DNA of 64,000 nt from an uncultured bacterium (GCA_963786935.1 CAWBAN010000003.1:224001-288000), one strand, 5' to 3'; positions 9,657 through 19,510 are shown, numbered from the stretch's first letter. The notes: generated by a model not told the origin, from the letters alone. Made by a program: numbers and translations.

Positions 9657-10964
9657 ATGAAAGTGGTTGGAATCCGTCTCATCTTCGCGTCGGTGCTGAC
9701 CGCCCTGCTCTGTTTCGCGTCTCCCGGGACCGCGCGGTCGGATGGGGACACCGCTGCCGATTCCATCGGTCGTTACAACCCGCGCGGCGGATTCCAGCTG
9801 GCCAGCACGGAGCAGGGGACCGTCAACCTGAGGCTCTTCAGCTATCTGCGGTACCTCAACTCGCAGCGACTCGAGCCGACGTACACCGACGCTTTCGGGA
9901 ACACCACCGAGCTGGACCGGCGCCAGGACATTCACCTCAACAAGGTCAACATCCAGATCATGGGCTGGATCATGGATCCGAAGTTCCGTTACCTCGCCTA
10001 CGTCTGGACCTCCGGGACGAGCCAGGGCCAGACCAGCCAGGTGGTGGTCGCCGGCAACCTGGGCTACACCTTCAACCCGCACGTCACCGTGGCGGGCGGC
10101 GTCGGCGCGCTCCCCGGCGTGCGCACCACCGAGGGCAGCTTCCCGTTCTGGCTGTCGCTCGACAACCGGCTGATCGCCGACGAGTTCTTCCGCCCCTCGT
10201 ACACCATGGGGATCTGGGCGAGCGGCGCGGTCGTCAAGGGGCTCCAGTACCAGGTGATGCTGGGCAACAACCTGAGCCAGTTCGGCGTCGACGCCTCGCA
10301 GCTCGACGACGGGCTCAATACCTGGTCGGCGTCCCTGCGGTGGTACCCGACGACGGGGGAGTTCGGGTATCGCGGCGGATTCGGCGACTTCGACCGGCAC
10401 GAGAAGGCGGCCACCCGGCTCGGCGCCCACTACACGCGCAGCGACGAGACCAGCCAGGGGCAGCCCAACACCGATGCGTTCGAGAACGTGCAGATTCGCC
10501 TGTCGGACGGCAGCGTCATCTTCAAGCCCGGGCTGTTCGGGAGCGGGATCCAGGTTCGCGAGGCCACCTACCAGATGGCGTCAATCGACGCGGGGGTGAA
10601 GTACCGCGGATTCTCGCTCGAGGGCGAGTACTACTGGCGCCGGGTCGACCGTCTGCGCGGCCCGGGGGTCGAGGGGCTGCCCGTCGAGGCGTTCCATGAC
10701 GACGGGTTCCAGGTGCAGGCCTCGACGATGGTGAAGCCGCGGACAGTCCAGCTTTACACCGGCGCCTCGTATGTCTCCGGGGAGTACGGGGATCCGTGGG
10801 ACTTCCGTCTGGGCACGAATTGGTATCCGTGGAAGCACCAGGTCATGTGGTGGAACTTCGAGTACATCCACACCGACCGCTCCCCGGTCGGCGCGGCCAG
10901 CCTGCCGTATCTCGTGGGCGGCACCGGCGAGATCTTCTACACCAGCTTCGTGCTGAACTTTTGA
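9657..10964 (+). CDS. Outer-membrane beta-barrel / porin-like protein
   Basis: Signal peptide, alternating aromatic beta-strands (GVKYRGFSLEGEYY), C-terminal Phe (..FVLNF); SD GGGAGG. Confidence 0.7.
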   Translation: MKVVGIRLIFASVLTALLCFASPGTARSDGDTAADSIGRYNPRGGFQLASTEQGTVNLRLFSYLRYLNSQRLEPTYTDAFGNTTELDRRQDIHLNKVNIQIMGWIMDPKFRYLAYVWTSGTSQGQTSQVVVAGNLGYTFNPHVTVAGGVGALPGVRTTEGSFPFWLSLDNRLIADEFFRPSYTMGIWASGAVVKGLQYQVMLGNNLSQFGVDASQLDDGLNTWSASLRWYPTTGEFGYRGGFGDFDRHEKAATRLGAHYTRSDETSQGQPNTDAFENVQIRLSDGSVIFKPGLFGSGIQVREATYQMASIDAGVKYRGFSLEGEYYWRRVDRLRGPGVEGLPVEAFHDDGFQVQASTMVKPRTVQLYTGASYVSGEYGDPWDFRLGTNWYPWKHQVMWWNFEYIHTDRSPVGAASLPYLVGGTGEIFYTSFVLNF

Positions 10965-10978
10965 GCCGCCCGGTGTCG

Positions 10979-11022
10979 CGCCGTCGCGCATGAGAAATTC
11001 AAGTCGCTCGATATAGCGGCGC
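10979..11022 (+). repeat. Diverged copy of tviB 3' region (AVAHEKFKSLDIAA)
   Basis: 38/44 nt identical to 7854-7897 by manual alignment, mostly third-position changes. Confidence 0.85.
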
Positions 11023-11040
11023 GTTTCCCGTGGAACGGCG

Positions 11041-11694
11041 TCAGTCCGCGTCGGCCCCCGTTTTCGTGGACACTCCCTGCAGGTAGAAAATGATCCCGGC
11101 CCGCGCGCTGAAGAACTCGAGATCCGGACCGCCGGCGAAGAGATAATTGTAGTTCGCGTCGATACGCAGACCGAAGCGATCACGGTTGATCAGAGCGCCT
11201 ACCCCGCCGTGGAATCCGAAAAAGCTGCCTTCGTAGACCTCGGTGGAGTAACCGGTGGTCGTCGAGCCGTCCGAGACCGTCGCATCGTCGATGAAGGATC
11301 TGAAAAAACCGAGACCGAGGTTCAGGAAGGGGCGCAGAAGATTCTCCTCACGACCGAACAGGTAGTCGTTTTCCGTGGTGATGCTCAGGAGCCCCATGTC
11401 GCCGCCGGAGAATTCTCTCCCCGGGTTGCTCGACGCCAGCTTGTCGCTGTCGAGGGATAACCAGGTGTACCCCACTTCGAAACCGCTCAGATAGTCGGAA
11501 AGCACCCCGACCCGGAACGAGGTCGCGAGCGTGAAGCCCGGTTGGTACGACTCTTCGACGGGGCCGCCCATCGGCCAGGCCCCCCCGCCGGACACCGTGA
11601 AGTAACCTCGTTCCCCGGCGTGCAGGGGGGGCGTCGCGGCAACGAGAAGCAACAGGAGCGCGGACAGCGCTGCGGCGATACGATACGAACGCAT
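11041..11694 (-). CDS. Small outer-membrane beta-barrel protein (OMP_b-brl-like)
   Basis: ATG 11694 behind AAGGAG; signal peptide; RPFLNLGLGF, FGFHGGVG, GLRIDANYNY, ARAGIIFY strands. Confidence 0.75.
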   Translation of the reverse strand: MRSYRIAAALSALLLLLVAATPPLHAGERGYFTVSGGGAWPMGGPVEESYQPGFTLATSFRVGVLSDYLSGFEVGYTWLSLDSDKLASSNPGREFSGGDMGLLSITTENDYLFGREENLLRPFLNLGLGFFRSFIDDATVSDGSTTTGYSTEVYEGSFFGFHGGVGALINRDRFGLRIDANYNYLFAGGPDLEFFSARAGIIFYLQGVSTKTGADAD

Positions 11695-11841
11695 AACATC
11701 TCCTTGCGAGCCGGGCGGCTCGGCTGGTCGGAGGTGAATCCCGCGCGGCGCCTCGATCCTCGAATCCAAGGGCCGGCCGAACGGTCGACGCTTCCGAGGC
11801 TAGCGCGGCGCAGCAGGATGAGTCAAGACGTATCCGGATTG

Positions 11842-12318
11842 TCAAAGGAGAACGGCGTCATCTGCGGCGCGAAATCCTTCCTCGATCCGATGACGGTGGA
11901 CGGAAGGCTCTGATCCGATCGTCGCGGCCGGCCAATCGGAGGTCGCGTCGCAGTGCGCGGCGATCCCGGCGGATTTTGCTATATGTTTCTTGAGGTCCAA
12001 GCCGACCAGTAAACGCTCCGTATTGGAAAGATCGCCGATGATCCTCCGCATGGGGCCGGGTAGTTTCCGCACCAATGTCGGAATGGCGAGAATTTGATCG
12101 TCGCGACCCAGCTGCGGTTTCTTCAACAGGTCAATGACTTCGATCCGGTAATTGCCCTTCAATTGCTCTTCGCAAATCGATTTGAGATTATCGAAAGCTG
12201 TGACGGCCCTGGACGTTTGCCCGACAATATACAATCGCAAGATCCATTGGTCTTTTTTCGCTTTGGCCGGGCGTGTTTTCCGCCGGCTGGTTTTCAATTC
12301 TGGTTTCTTTGTTTTCAC
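11842..12318 (-). CDS. kaiB: KaiB family protein; C-terminus reads through into the tviB remnant
   Basis: [70 protein letters not shown]; 4-nt overlap with the kaiC stop. Confidence 0.92.
   Translation of the reverse strand: MKTKKPELKTSRRKTRPAKAKKDQWILRLYIVGQTSRAVTAFDNLKSICEEQLKGNYRIEVIDLLKKPQLGRDDQILAIPTLVRKLPGPMRRIIGDLSNTERLLVGLDLKKHIAKSAGIAAHCDATSDWPAATIGSEPSVHRHRIEEGFRAADDAVLL
11845..11913 (+). repeat. Diverged copy of the final 23 codons of tviB ([22 protein letters not shown])
   Basis: 59/69 nt identical to 7903-7971 by manual alignment, including a stop codon at the same position. Confidence 0.88.
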
Positions 12319-14075
12319 GGAAGAATCCTTTGTGTTTTGGTTCCAATCCTCTTGGTGACTCTTTTTTCCATGGCAACATCGCTTTTTCGACTCTTGGCCA
12401 TTCGTGTCTCGCCTCGTCTGAGACGTTCATTGCTTTCTTTGTCGATCCCGATGACCCTGCGCGCCTCCATCTCTTCGGCCTCGAATTCGGAACGGAGGAG
12501 AACAATCTGAGCTTCCATCGCTTCACGTTTGCGCTCCAATCCGATCCGCTTGCGCGCGATTTCCTGCTGACGCGTCGCCTGTTCCGCCTCGTCCTTCATC
12601 TCCTGCGACAACCGCGACGAACCGGTCAAAACACCTTCCGAGCCGATATACACATCGAGAAGCTCGATTCCGTGATCCGTCAGCTTGAACTCGCGAATCT
12701 GGTTCGAGTGCGCCATGCCGCGCGATTTCAATACGTAGAGTCCCCGGTTGCGTTCGCCCCCGATCTCGATGTCACGCAGAAGCAGCCAGGTATCGATCAG
12801 GGACGAGATGTAGACATCAGTGATCTCGATATTTTCCCCCGAGGAAGTGAGATTCGTGAAGAAGGCCGTGATCCGTTTCATCTTCAGGAAATCGACGAGG
12901 CGCAGCAGCATCGCTTTGACGTCGCTCTGGTTGTCTCCCAGCACGAATGCGTTGATGGGGTCGAGAATAACGATATCGGGTGCGAACTTGCCGATCAATT
13001 TGATGATCGTCGTCAGGTGCGTCTCCAGGCCGTAGACGGTGGGACGCGTGGCGTGAAACCGCAGCAATCCTTTCTTCGCCCAGGGCTCCAGATTGATTCC
13101 GATCGAACGCATATTGCGCGTGAGCTGAGCCGGGGATTCTTCAAAGGTGAAAAAGAGCACGCGTTCTCCCCGTTTGCACGCCGCCTCGACGAATTGCGCG
13201 GCAATGCTCGTTTTGCCGGTGCCGGCGGTGCCCGAGACGAGCACGGTGCTGCAGCGAAAGTAGCCTTTGCCGGTGAGCATCGTATCGAGACGCGGAATGC
13301 CGGTGGAAATCCGTTCCGGGGATGAAGAGTAGTTCAGCCCCAGAGAGGTGACCGGCAGAATGGAAAAACCATCCTCATCGATGAGAAAGGGGTACTCGTT
13401 CGTGCCGTGCGTCGAACCGCGGTATTTCACGATGCGCATCCGTCGAATGGAGGATTGGTTATCCACGCGATGATCGAGCAGAATGACGCAATCGGATACG
13501 TATTCCTCCATGCCCAGGCGCGTCAGGGCGCCTTCTCCTCGTTCCGCGGTCAGTATGGTCGTCACCTGTTTCATTTTCAGCCAGGTCAGCAACCGCCGCA
13601 GCTCGGCGCGAAGGATGAGGGGATTCGGCAGTCCCGAAAAGAGCGATTCCAGAGTATCCAGCACGACGCGCCTGGCGCCGATGCTCTCGATTGCATGATG
13701 GATCCGGATGAACAAGCCTTCCAAGTCGTAGTCGCCGCTCTGTTCGTTTTCGGCCCGTTCGAGATGAATGTGTTCAACCCAGATCTTCTTGCGTCTGACA
13801 AGGTCATCCAAGTCGAATCCCAGCGAAGCCACGTTTGCCGCCAGCTCCTTCTCCGTTTCCTCGAATGATAAAAAGACGCCCGGCTCGTTGTGCTGCGTGG
13901 CCCCGCGGACAAGGAACTCCATGGCAAAGAGGGTCTTTCCGCAGCCCGCGCCCCCGCATACAAGCGTCGGCCTGCCTTTCGGCAGCCCCCCGCCCGTGAT
14001 TTCGTCGAATCCTTGAATGCTCGTAGGAGACTTTTGAAGGAGATGACGCCGGAACCGGTCTTCCTGTTTCTTCAT
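12315..14075 (-). CDS. kaiC: KaiC family double-domain ATPase/autokinase
   Basis: Two Walker A motifs ([16 protein letters not shown]), FEE catalytic pairs, KYRGSTH and KSRGMAHS, phosphosite region ISSLIDTW, charged C-terminal tail. Confidence 0.95.
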   Translation of the reverse strand: MKKQEDRFRRHLLQKSPTSIQGFDEITGGGLPKGRPTLVCGGAGCGKTLFAMEFLVRGATQHNEPGVFLSFEETEKELAANVASLGFDLDDLVRRKKIWVEHIHLERAENEQSGDYDLEGLFIRIHHAIESIGARRVVLDTLESLFSGLPNPLILRAELRRLLTWLKMKQVTTILTAERGEGALTRLGMEEYVSDCVILLDHRVDNQSSIRRMRIVKYRGSTHGTNEYPFLIDEDGFSILPVTSLGLNYSSSPERISTGIPRLDTMLTGKGYFRCSTVLVSGTAGTGKTSIAAQFVEAACKRGERVLFFTFEESPAQLTRNMRSIGINLEPWAKKGLLRFHATRPTVYGLETHLTTIIKLIGKFAPDIVILDPINAFVLGDNQSDVKAMLLRLVDFLKMKRITAFFTNLTSSGENIEITDVYISSLIDTWLLLRDIEIGGERNRGLYVLKSRGMAHSNQIREFKLTDHGIELLDVYIGSEGVLTGSSRLSQEMKDEAEQATRQQEIARKRIGLERKREAMEAQIVLLRSEFEAEEMEARRVIGIDKESNERLRRGETRMAKSRKSDVAMEKRVTKRIGTKTQRILP

Positions 14076-14184
14076 GATATTCTCCGCGTATCGTTACTTT
14101 GGTTTCTATCTCGCCTCTTGATGTCTCAATTAAGTTTAAGACAAACGGTGATAAAAACAATAAATCGAAGGAGGGAAAAAGGAA

Positions 14185-14216
14185 CTAGTCCTTTGGGATG
14201 AGAAAGAACTCATCCC
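14185..14216. promoter_or_regulatory. Inverted-repeat site(s) upstream of kaiC
   Basis: GGGATGAG-aaagaa-CTCATCCC perfect IR (14195-14216), overlapping CTAGTCC-TTTG-GGATGAG (14185-14202). Confidence 0.45.
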
Positions 14217-14253
14217 TTACAAGTGAATGACGATCAGGTCGTGAATCCGCTTG

Positions 14254-14934
14254 TCAGGATTCATCCTTGCGGGCAAAGGCGGCTATCTGCAGACGGGTGC
14301 TGAGCGCCAGCTTTTCCAGAATGTTGTGCACGTGGCTCTTCGCGGTGAAGGTGGCGATATGGAGACGATCGGCGATCTCTTTGTTGCTGAGGCCTTCGGA
14401 GATCAGGTCGACGATTTCCCGCTCGCGATTCGTGAACTGGATTGATTTTGCGGGTATTCCTTTGCCGCTTTTGAGGGTGACCTCGATAATCTGCGAGAAG
14501 AGGGATTGGGTCAAGCACGGCGGCAGCACTTTTTCTCCCGCCGCGACGGTCTTGATCGTATTCGCCCAATCATCGAACGGGGCGTTCTTGAGAATGAATC
14601 CGGCCCCCCCGGCCTTCACGAATTCGATGATGTCCACGTAGTCGGGAAGGATATCCATCGCGATGACCTTTACCTCCGACGATTCTTCCCGAAGCAGGGA
14701 CATGAGCTTCAGGCTGTCTTCCTTCTCCAGTCCAAGATCCAGAAGGATAACGTCGGGAGGTTTCTTCATGTTCTTCATCTGGCGCAGCGAATCGCCGTCT
14801 TCGGAACGCGCGACGACATCGAAATCGCCGTGTTTGTTGAGCATGGCGGCGATGCCGTCCCGCAGAAGACGGTTGTCTTCGATCAACAGAATCCGGATTC
14901 TTCTTGCCATGGGAGAAGGCTTCTTGGCCCGCAT
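14254..14934 (-). CDS. NarL/LuxR-family response regulator
   Basis: ILLIEDN..PDVILLDLGL..GFILK receiver; FTNREREIVDLISEGLSNKEIADRLHIATFTAKSHVHNILEKL LuxR HTH. Start may be 14910. Confidence 0.93.
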   Translation of the reverse strand: MRAKKPSPMARRIRILLIEDNRLLRDGIAAMLNKHGDFDVVARSEDGDSLRQMKNMKKPPDVILLDLGLEKEDSLKLMSLLREESSEVKVIAMDILPDYVDIIEFVKAGGAGFILKNAPFDDWANTIKTVAAGEKVLPPCLTQSLFSQIIEVTLKSGKGIPAKSIQFTNREREIVDLISEGLSNKEIADRLHIATFTAKSHVHNILEKLALSTRLQIAAFARKDES

Positions 14935-15139
14935 AAAATGCTCTTCCGGTGTATTCGTCCAATGATATTGACAACATTGATGATGCTGGGGGAATTTTAA
15001 TGGTGGAACCGGCTGCTTGCAAGAAAAATTGCGGGAGTCATGAAGAGCCCCGCGATTCTATTAATTCTGCCGACAAGACGGATTCGCGGTCGATGAAGGC
15101 GTCGTGCCGAGACCGGAAAGGTCAGGCGCAGCGCGCGGG

Positions 15140-16642
15140 TCACTTCACGATGAATCGGCTCGCCTTTTGGGATTCGAAGCGTGTGTCGTGCACCGATTCG
15201 ACGATCGAGCGCCGGTACGACGTGTCGTCGCCCGACCGCTCCGCGAGGTCGATCTGTTCGTCGGTGGCGCCGTCAGCGCCGAGGAGCGCGACGACGGGGC
15301 GGTGAAGGAGGCGCGCGTCCTGGTTCTGGCGCGTCACGACGGCGTGCTCGCCCGTGTCGAGCCGGACCACCGTTCCCACGGGGTAGACCCCCATCGCCCT
15401 GACGAACGATTTCACGACGAGCGGATCGAACATCTCCCCGCTTTTTTCGACGATCAGGCGAAGGGCGCCGTCGGGCGTCAGGGGCCGGCGGCGGTACGAA
15501 CGGGGCGTGGTCATGGCGTCGAACACGTCGGCGACCGTGATCAGGCGAACGAACGGATGCAGCTCCCAGGGGGATTTCTTGAGGGGATATCCCCGTCCGT
15601 TGAACAGGAGATGGTGCTGGAGCGTGACGAACAGCGCGTCGGCGATCGGGCGCAGCGAGCGCGTCCGCGAGAGCTCGATGACGCCGAGCAACGGGTGGCG
15701 CTCCATGATCTGCCACTCATCGGCCGCGAGCGCCGCCGGTTTGTTCAGGATCTCCTGCGGGATATGCGTCTTGCCCACGTCGTGGAACAGGGCCGCGACG
15801 CCGACCTGCGCGGTCTCGCTCTTGTGCATCCCCATCCGGTCGGCGATCAACATCGAGAGCACGCTGACGTTCACCGAATGGGAGAAGGTGTATTCGTCGT
15901 AGTCCTTGATGCTCGCCAGCCCGACGAGGATCGTCTCGTCGGTGCGGATGATGTCGGCGATCTGCTGCGCGATCCTGATCGCCTTGGGCACCTGCACCGC
16001 GCGCCGCTGCGACACCGCCCGCATGACCTCGCCCATGAACATGACCGCCCGCGACATGACCCGGTTGCTCTCCTCGCGGACCTCCTGCTTGTTCACCTTG
16101 GCGTCCCGGAGGTACTTCACCCGCTCGATCCACTCGGAAAGCCTGATGTTGACGACGCCCGCGCCGGCGAGCCTCTTCGAGAGCTCGCCGAAAACGTCCT
16201 CCTCCGACGGCTCCGCGAAGAACGCCTGCAGGAAGGCGCCGAGCTCCTCGACGCCGGCTTCCGGCGCGAAGTCGATCTCCTCCACTTTCCGGTCCTTCAT
16301 CTCGCCGATGAGATAGAGGATGGGGCCCATGTTCTGCGTGTCGACGACGATCCTCACGTCGTTGATCAACAGCAGATCCGTCGAGATCGCAACGGTCACC
16401 CGGCCTTCCGTTTCGCCGAGCTCCCGCAGCGAGTCCTGAAGCTTGGACAACGCCGCCTGGGCGGCGCGATTGCTCAGATCGTGAATCTGCACCGTCTTGC
16501 CGGCGCTGAAGAGGTAATGCACGAACAGCGGGCCGAGGCGGCCGATGACGTCGTCCGTCTCCGCCGCGCGCGCGTCCGTCTCCGGCGCGCCGCGCTCGGC
16601 GGCCGTGACGTCGCTCGTGGCGCTGATGTGTCGATCACTCAT
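15140..16642 (-). CDS. HD-GYP domain protein (c-di-GMP phosphodiesterase family)
   Basis: YTFSHSVNV, FHDVGK, HHLLFNGRGYP, VADVFDAMTTPRSYR. Confidence 0.9.
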   Translation of the reverse strand: MSDRHISATSDVTAAERGAPETDARAAETDDVIGRLGPLFVHYLFSAGKTVQIHDLSNRAAQAALSKLQDSLRELGETEGRVTVAISTDLLLINDVRIVVDTQNMGPILYLIGEMKDRKVEEIDFAPEAGVEELGAFLQAFFAEPSEEDVFGELSKRLAGAGVVNIRLSEWIERVKYLRDAKVNKQEVREESNRVMSRAVMFMGEVMRAVSQRRAVQVPKAIRIAQQIADIIRTDETILVGLASIKDYDEYTFSHSVNVSVLSMLIADRMGMHKSETAQVGVAALFHDVGKTHIPQEILNKPAALAADEWQIMERHPLLGVIELSRTRSLRPIADALFVTLQHHLLFNGRGYPLKKSPWELHPFVRLITVADVFDAMTTPRSYRRRPLTPDGALRLIVEKSGEMFDPLVVKSFVRAMGVYPVGTVVRLDTGEHAVVTRQNQDARLLHRPVVALLGADGATDEQIDLAERSGDDTSYRRSIVESVHDTRFESQKASRFIVK

Positions 16643-18497
16643 CGTTTCCTCCGCCGGCCGCGGCCGGCGCCTCCTCCAGAACGGCCGCGTCGTCGTGCCC
16701 GTCGCGCGCGGCGAGCGCGCGCTGCGCCGTGCTCCTGACGAGCTTGTCCCGGTCGCCCGCGAGCTTGCTCAACATCTCGCCGGACTCCTGCCCCGCGATG
16801 AACCGCAGCGCCGTGACGGCGAGCAGCTTGTTCTGCCGGGCGCGGCCGCCGCCACGCGGGAACAATCCGCGCGGCGACGCCATGCGTTTGATATTCGGAA
16901 GGATGTCCGCTCCCGCCATCTTGCCGGCCGTCCGGAAAAGCCGCTCGAGCTCCTTCATGCTCTTCGCGGCGAGATCTTCGTCGAAGCACATCGCCGTCAC
17001 CCGCGCGACGAGGGCCGGATTCTCGAGATCCTCGATCGCCGCGAGCGCGCCCATCCGGACGCTCGGCTCCCCGTCGGCGAGCAGCCGGCAGAGCAGCGGA
17101 GCAGCCTCGTCCGTTCCCACCTGCGCGAGGTACGCGGCCGCGCCCGCGCGGGCTTCCGGAAGCGGCGATGAAAGGTATCGCTCGATGACGGGGGCGACCT
17201 CTCCGGTCGCGCACCGGCGCAGCAGGGAGATCGCGTCCTGCGCTTCGAGCGGTCGGTCCGGCTTGAGATCCTCGATGATCGGCATGATGTATTCGCGCGC
17301 GATCGAGCACAGCGCGTCGCACACGTCCGCGTGGACCGACGGATCGGTCGAGGATGCCAGTATTTCGCGCAGGGCCGGGACGGCGTTCGTGCCGATGAAC
17401 CGGAAATAATCCAGAATCTCCTTCGTGCCGGCGCGCGACCGGCCGACTTTCTTTCCGAGCGCGAGGAGGAACGAGGTGCTCGTCAGCTCGCGTTTGATCC
17501 GCGCGGGGACCGCTTCGAATCCTGCCGCCGGTTCCCCGTCCGTCGTTTTCAGCATATCGAGCAGCGCGACGAGCGTCGGGATGTCGGCTTCATCGGCGAC
17601 GGAGCGGACGAGCCGGTCGATGATGGCGGTGACGTCCTGCACGATCGGCTCGGGATTGTTCGCGCGGGTGAAATCGAACATCGAGCGCAGGAGCCACAGC
17701 AGCTTGTTCCTCCCCTGGAGGTCCGCCGCGCTTTGACGCCAGGCGGCCAATTCCTCCGCGCCCACCGTGAAAAGCGATTCCAGCAGCTGCTGGAGATGCC
17801 GTTCTCTTTCGTGCGCCCCGGCGCGGGGGTGGCTGCGCTCGACGACGGCGCGCAGGTGCTGGCCGAGCGTCTCGGTCGAGCGGTCCATCATCGACGTATT
17901 GCCGCGACGGCGTTCGTCCACCGTCAGGTTCGGATGATCGTCGGCGCGGAGCTGCTGCTCGCCGGTATCGCTTCCCGATCCGCGCCCGCCGCCGGCCTTC
18001 CCGTCGGTGCATTCGTCGAAGACGCGGTAGGAGATGTCCGTGAATTCAGCCTGCCACAGCTTGCTCACCATATCGAGATTCGGCGTCGGGCAGCAGATCT
18101 CGCTCTTGATCAAATCGACGAACTGCTCGAGCTCGGCCGGTTTCACCGCTTCATTGAGCGTGATCTCGCCGACGCCGTCCTTGTAGAGCAGGAAGGCGAG
18201 GCTGTTCTTCTTGTCGCTGTTGTCGTACACGCTCTCGCCGTGCCACGTGAGCCGGTACTGCTCGACGCCGAGGGTCAGCTCCTTTTCGTTCCGGAGGAAT
18301 TCCTGCAGCCCCTGCCGGAACGCGTCGCCGAACACCCCCACGACGGGGCTGTTGTCCGCGTAAATCGTTTTCGCGTTTAGGTATTTGGCCAGCGAGACGA
18401 AAATCGAGCGCACCTGTTCCAGACGTTTGGGGTCGGCTTCGGCGCTCTTCCCCGCACGATCCGGCGCGGAGCGGTGCTGGATCTTCGTAATGGTCAT
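16635..18497 (-). CDS. HEAT-repeat protein co-transcribed with HD-GYP
   Basis: Repeats such as PEARAGAAAYLAQVG, DGEPSVRMGALAAI, DRDKLVRSTAQRAL; 8-nt overlap with the HD-GYP start. Start placement is uncertain. Confidence 0.75.
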   Translation of the reverse strand: MTITKIQHRSAPDRAGKSAEADPKRLEQVRSIFVSLAKYLNAKTIYADNSPVVGVFGDAFRQGLQEFLRNEKELTLGVEQYRLTWHGESVYDNSDKKNSLAFLLYKDGVGEITLNEAVKPAELEQFVDLIKSEICCPTPNLDMVSKLWQAEFTDISYRVFDECTDGKAGGGRGSGSDTGEQQLRADDHPNLTVDERRRGNTSMMDRSTETLGQHLRAVVERSHPRAGAHERERHLQQLLESLFTVGAEELAAWRQSAADLQGRNKLLWLLRSMFDFTRANNPEPIVQDVTAIIDRLVRSVADEADIPTLVALLDMLKTTDGEPAAGFEAVPARIKRELTSTSFLLALGKKVGRSRAGTKEILDYFRFIGTNAVPALREILASSTDPSVHADVCDALCSIAREYIMPIIEDLKPDRPLEAQDAISLLRRCATGEVAPVIERYLSSPLPEARAGAAAYLAQVGTDEAAPLLCRLLADGEPSVRMGALAAIEDLENPALVARVTAMCFDEDLAAKSMKELERLFRTAGKMAGADILPNIKRMASPRGLFPRGGGRARQNKLLAVTALRFIAGQESGEMLSKLAGDRDKLVRSTAQRALAARDGHDDAAVLEEAPAAAGGGNDE

Positions 18498-18512
18498 GGG
18501 TAGACGATTTAT

Positions 18513-18528
18513 TGCATCATGCATGCCA
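18513..18528 (-). promoter_or_regulatory. Candidate sigma54 (-24/-12) promoter for the HEAT/HD-GYP operon
   Basis: Minus strand TGGCATGCATGATGCA = GG-N10-GC. Confidence 0.45.
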
Positions 18529-18532
18529 GTAG

Positions 18533-18561
18533 TTGACTTGCGAGCGGAAATTTCATAGAAT
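18533..18561 (+). promoter_or_regulatory. Sigma70-type promoter
   Basis: TTGACT-17 bp-TAGAAT upstream of the pterin-binding gene. Confidence 0.6.
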
Positions 18562-18583
18562 CGCCGGCGGTATTCCCCTTGCA

Positions 18584-19510
18584 ATGAAAGCACATATGCG
18601 ATTGAACGATATATCGATAATCGGAGAACGGATCAACCACGGGATCCCCCGGGTTCGGCCCCTGTTCGATGCGGGAAACGCGGAGGCCCTGCGGGAGCTC
18701 GCCCGGGAGCAGGCAGCGCGGGGAGCCGTGGCCCTCGATATCAACGTCGGCCCCCTCGGCGCAGACGCGATGCGGCGCACGGTGCGGGAGGTGCAGGCCG
18801 CCGTGCGGCTTCCGCTGTGTCTCGACGGAAGCTCGCCGGAGATCCTGCGGGCAGGCATGGAGGTCTACGACGCCGGGCGGTCCGACGGGCTCCCCATTCT
18901 GAACTCGGCGACCGAGGCGCGGGACGAGGAGGTCTTCGGGATCCGGATGGTCGGGCCGTGCAGGGTCATCCTGCTCGTATCGGAGCGCCGCGAGGGGGAA
19001 CGCCCGTTTCCGAACGAAACGGTCGGGCAGTGCCTCGCGACGGCGGGGCGCCTGTTCGCGAAGGCGCTCGACGCCGGATTCGAGCCGTCGGAGCTGTTCA
19101 TCGATCCGAGCACCCCCGCGCTCGCGGTCGATATGAAGGGTCTCGTCAACACGACACTCGAGACGATCGAGGGGATTCGCGGACGGCGGGACTTCGCGGA
19201 GGCGCACATCGTGGCGGGACTCTCGAACCTGACTGCGGGTCTTCCTCCCGCCGCGCGGCTTCCGCTGCAGAACGCGTTTCTGACGCTCGCGCATCGCGCC
19301 GGCCTCGATGCAATCATCGGAGATCCCGCCCGCGAATACCGGCTGCTTCCCGACGGGCATCCGGACCTGCTCCTCCTGCGGGAAATCCTCGCGCAGCGGC
19401 GGACGGACCGGCTCAAAGCGCTCACGACGTCCGCATTGTACCGCGCAGCTGCGCGAAAGGCCGCCGCGCGCAAACAGGCGGGGGGGAAGGACAAGGAAGG
19501 TTCGACGTGA
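18584..19510 (+). CDS. Pterin-binding TIM-barrel protein (AcsE / MetH folate-domain-like methyltransferase)
   Basis: IIGERIN, LDINVG, PLCLD, ILNS, FIDP, GLSNL motifs. Confidence 0.8.
   Translation: MKAHMRLNDISIIGERINHGIPRVRPLFDAGNAEALRELAREQAARGAVALDINVGPLGADAMRRTVREVQAAVRLPLCLDGSSPEILRAGMEVYDAGRSDGLPILNSATEARDEEVFGIRMVGPCRVILLVSERREGERPFPNETVGQCLATAGRLFAKALDAGFEPSELFIDPSTPALAVDMKGLVNTTLETIEGIRGRRDFAEAHIVAGLSNLTAGLPPAARLPLQNAFLTLAHRAGLDAIIGDPAREYRLLPDGHPDLLLLREILAQRRTDRLKALTTSALYRAAARKAAARKQAGGKDKEGST

Noticed and set aside
11842..14075. A true self-sustained circadian clock
   Set aside because: No kaiA or sasA is visible, and SS-type KaiBC systems are not shown to be self-sustaining from sequence alone.
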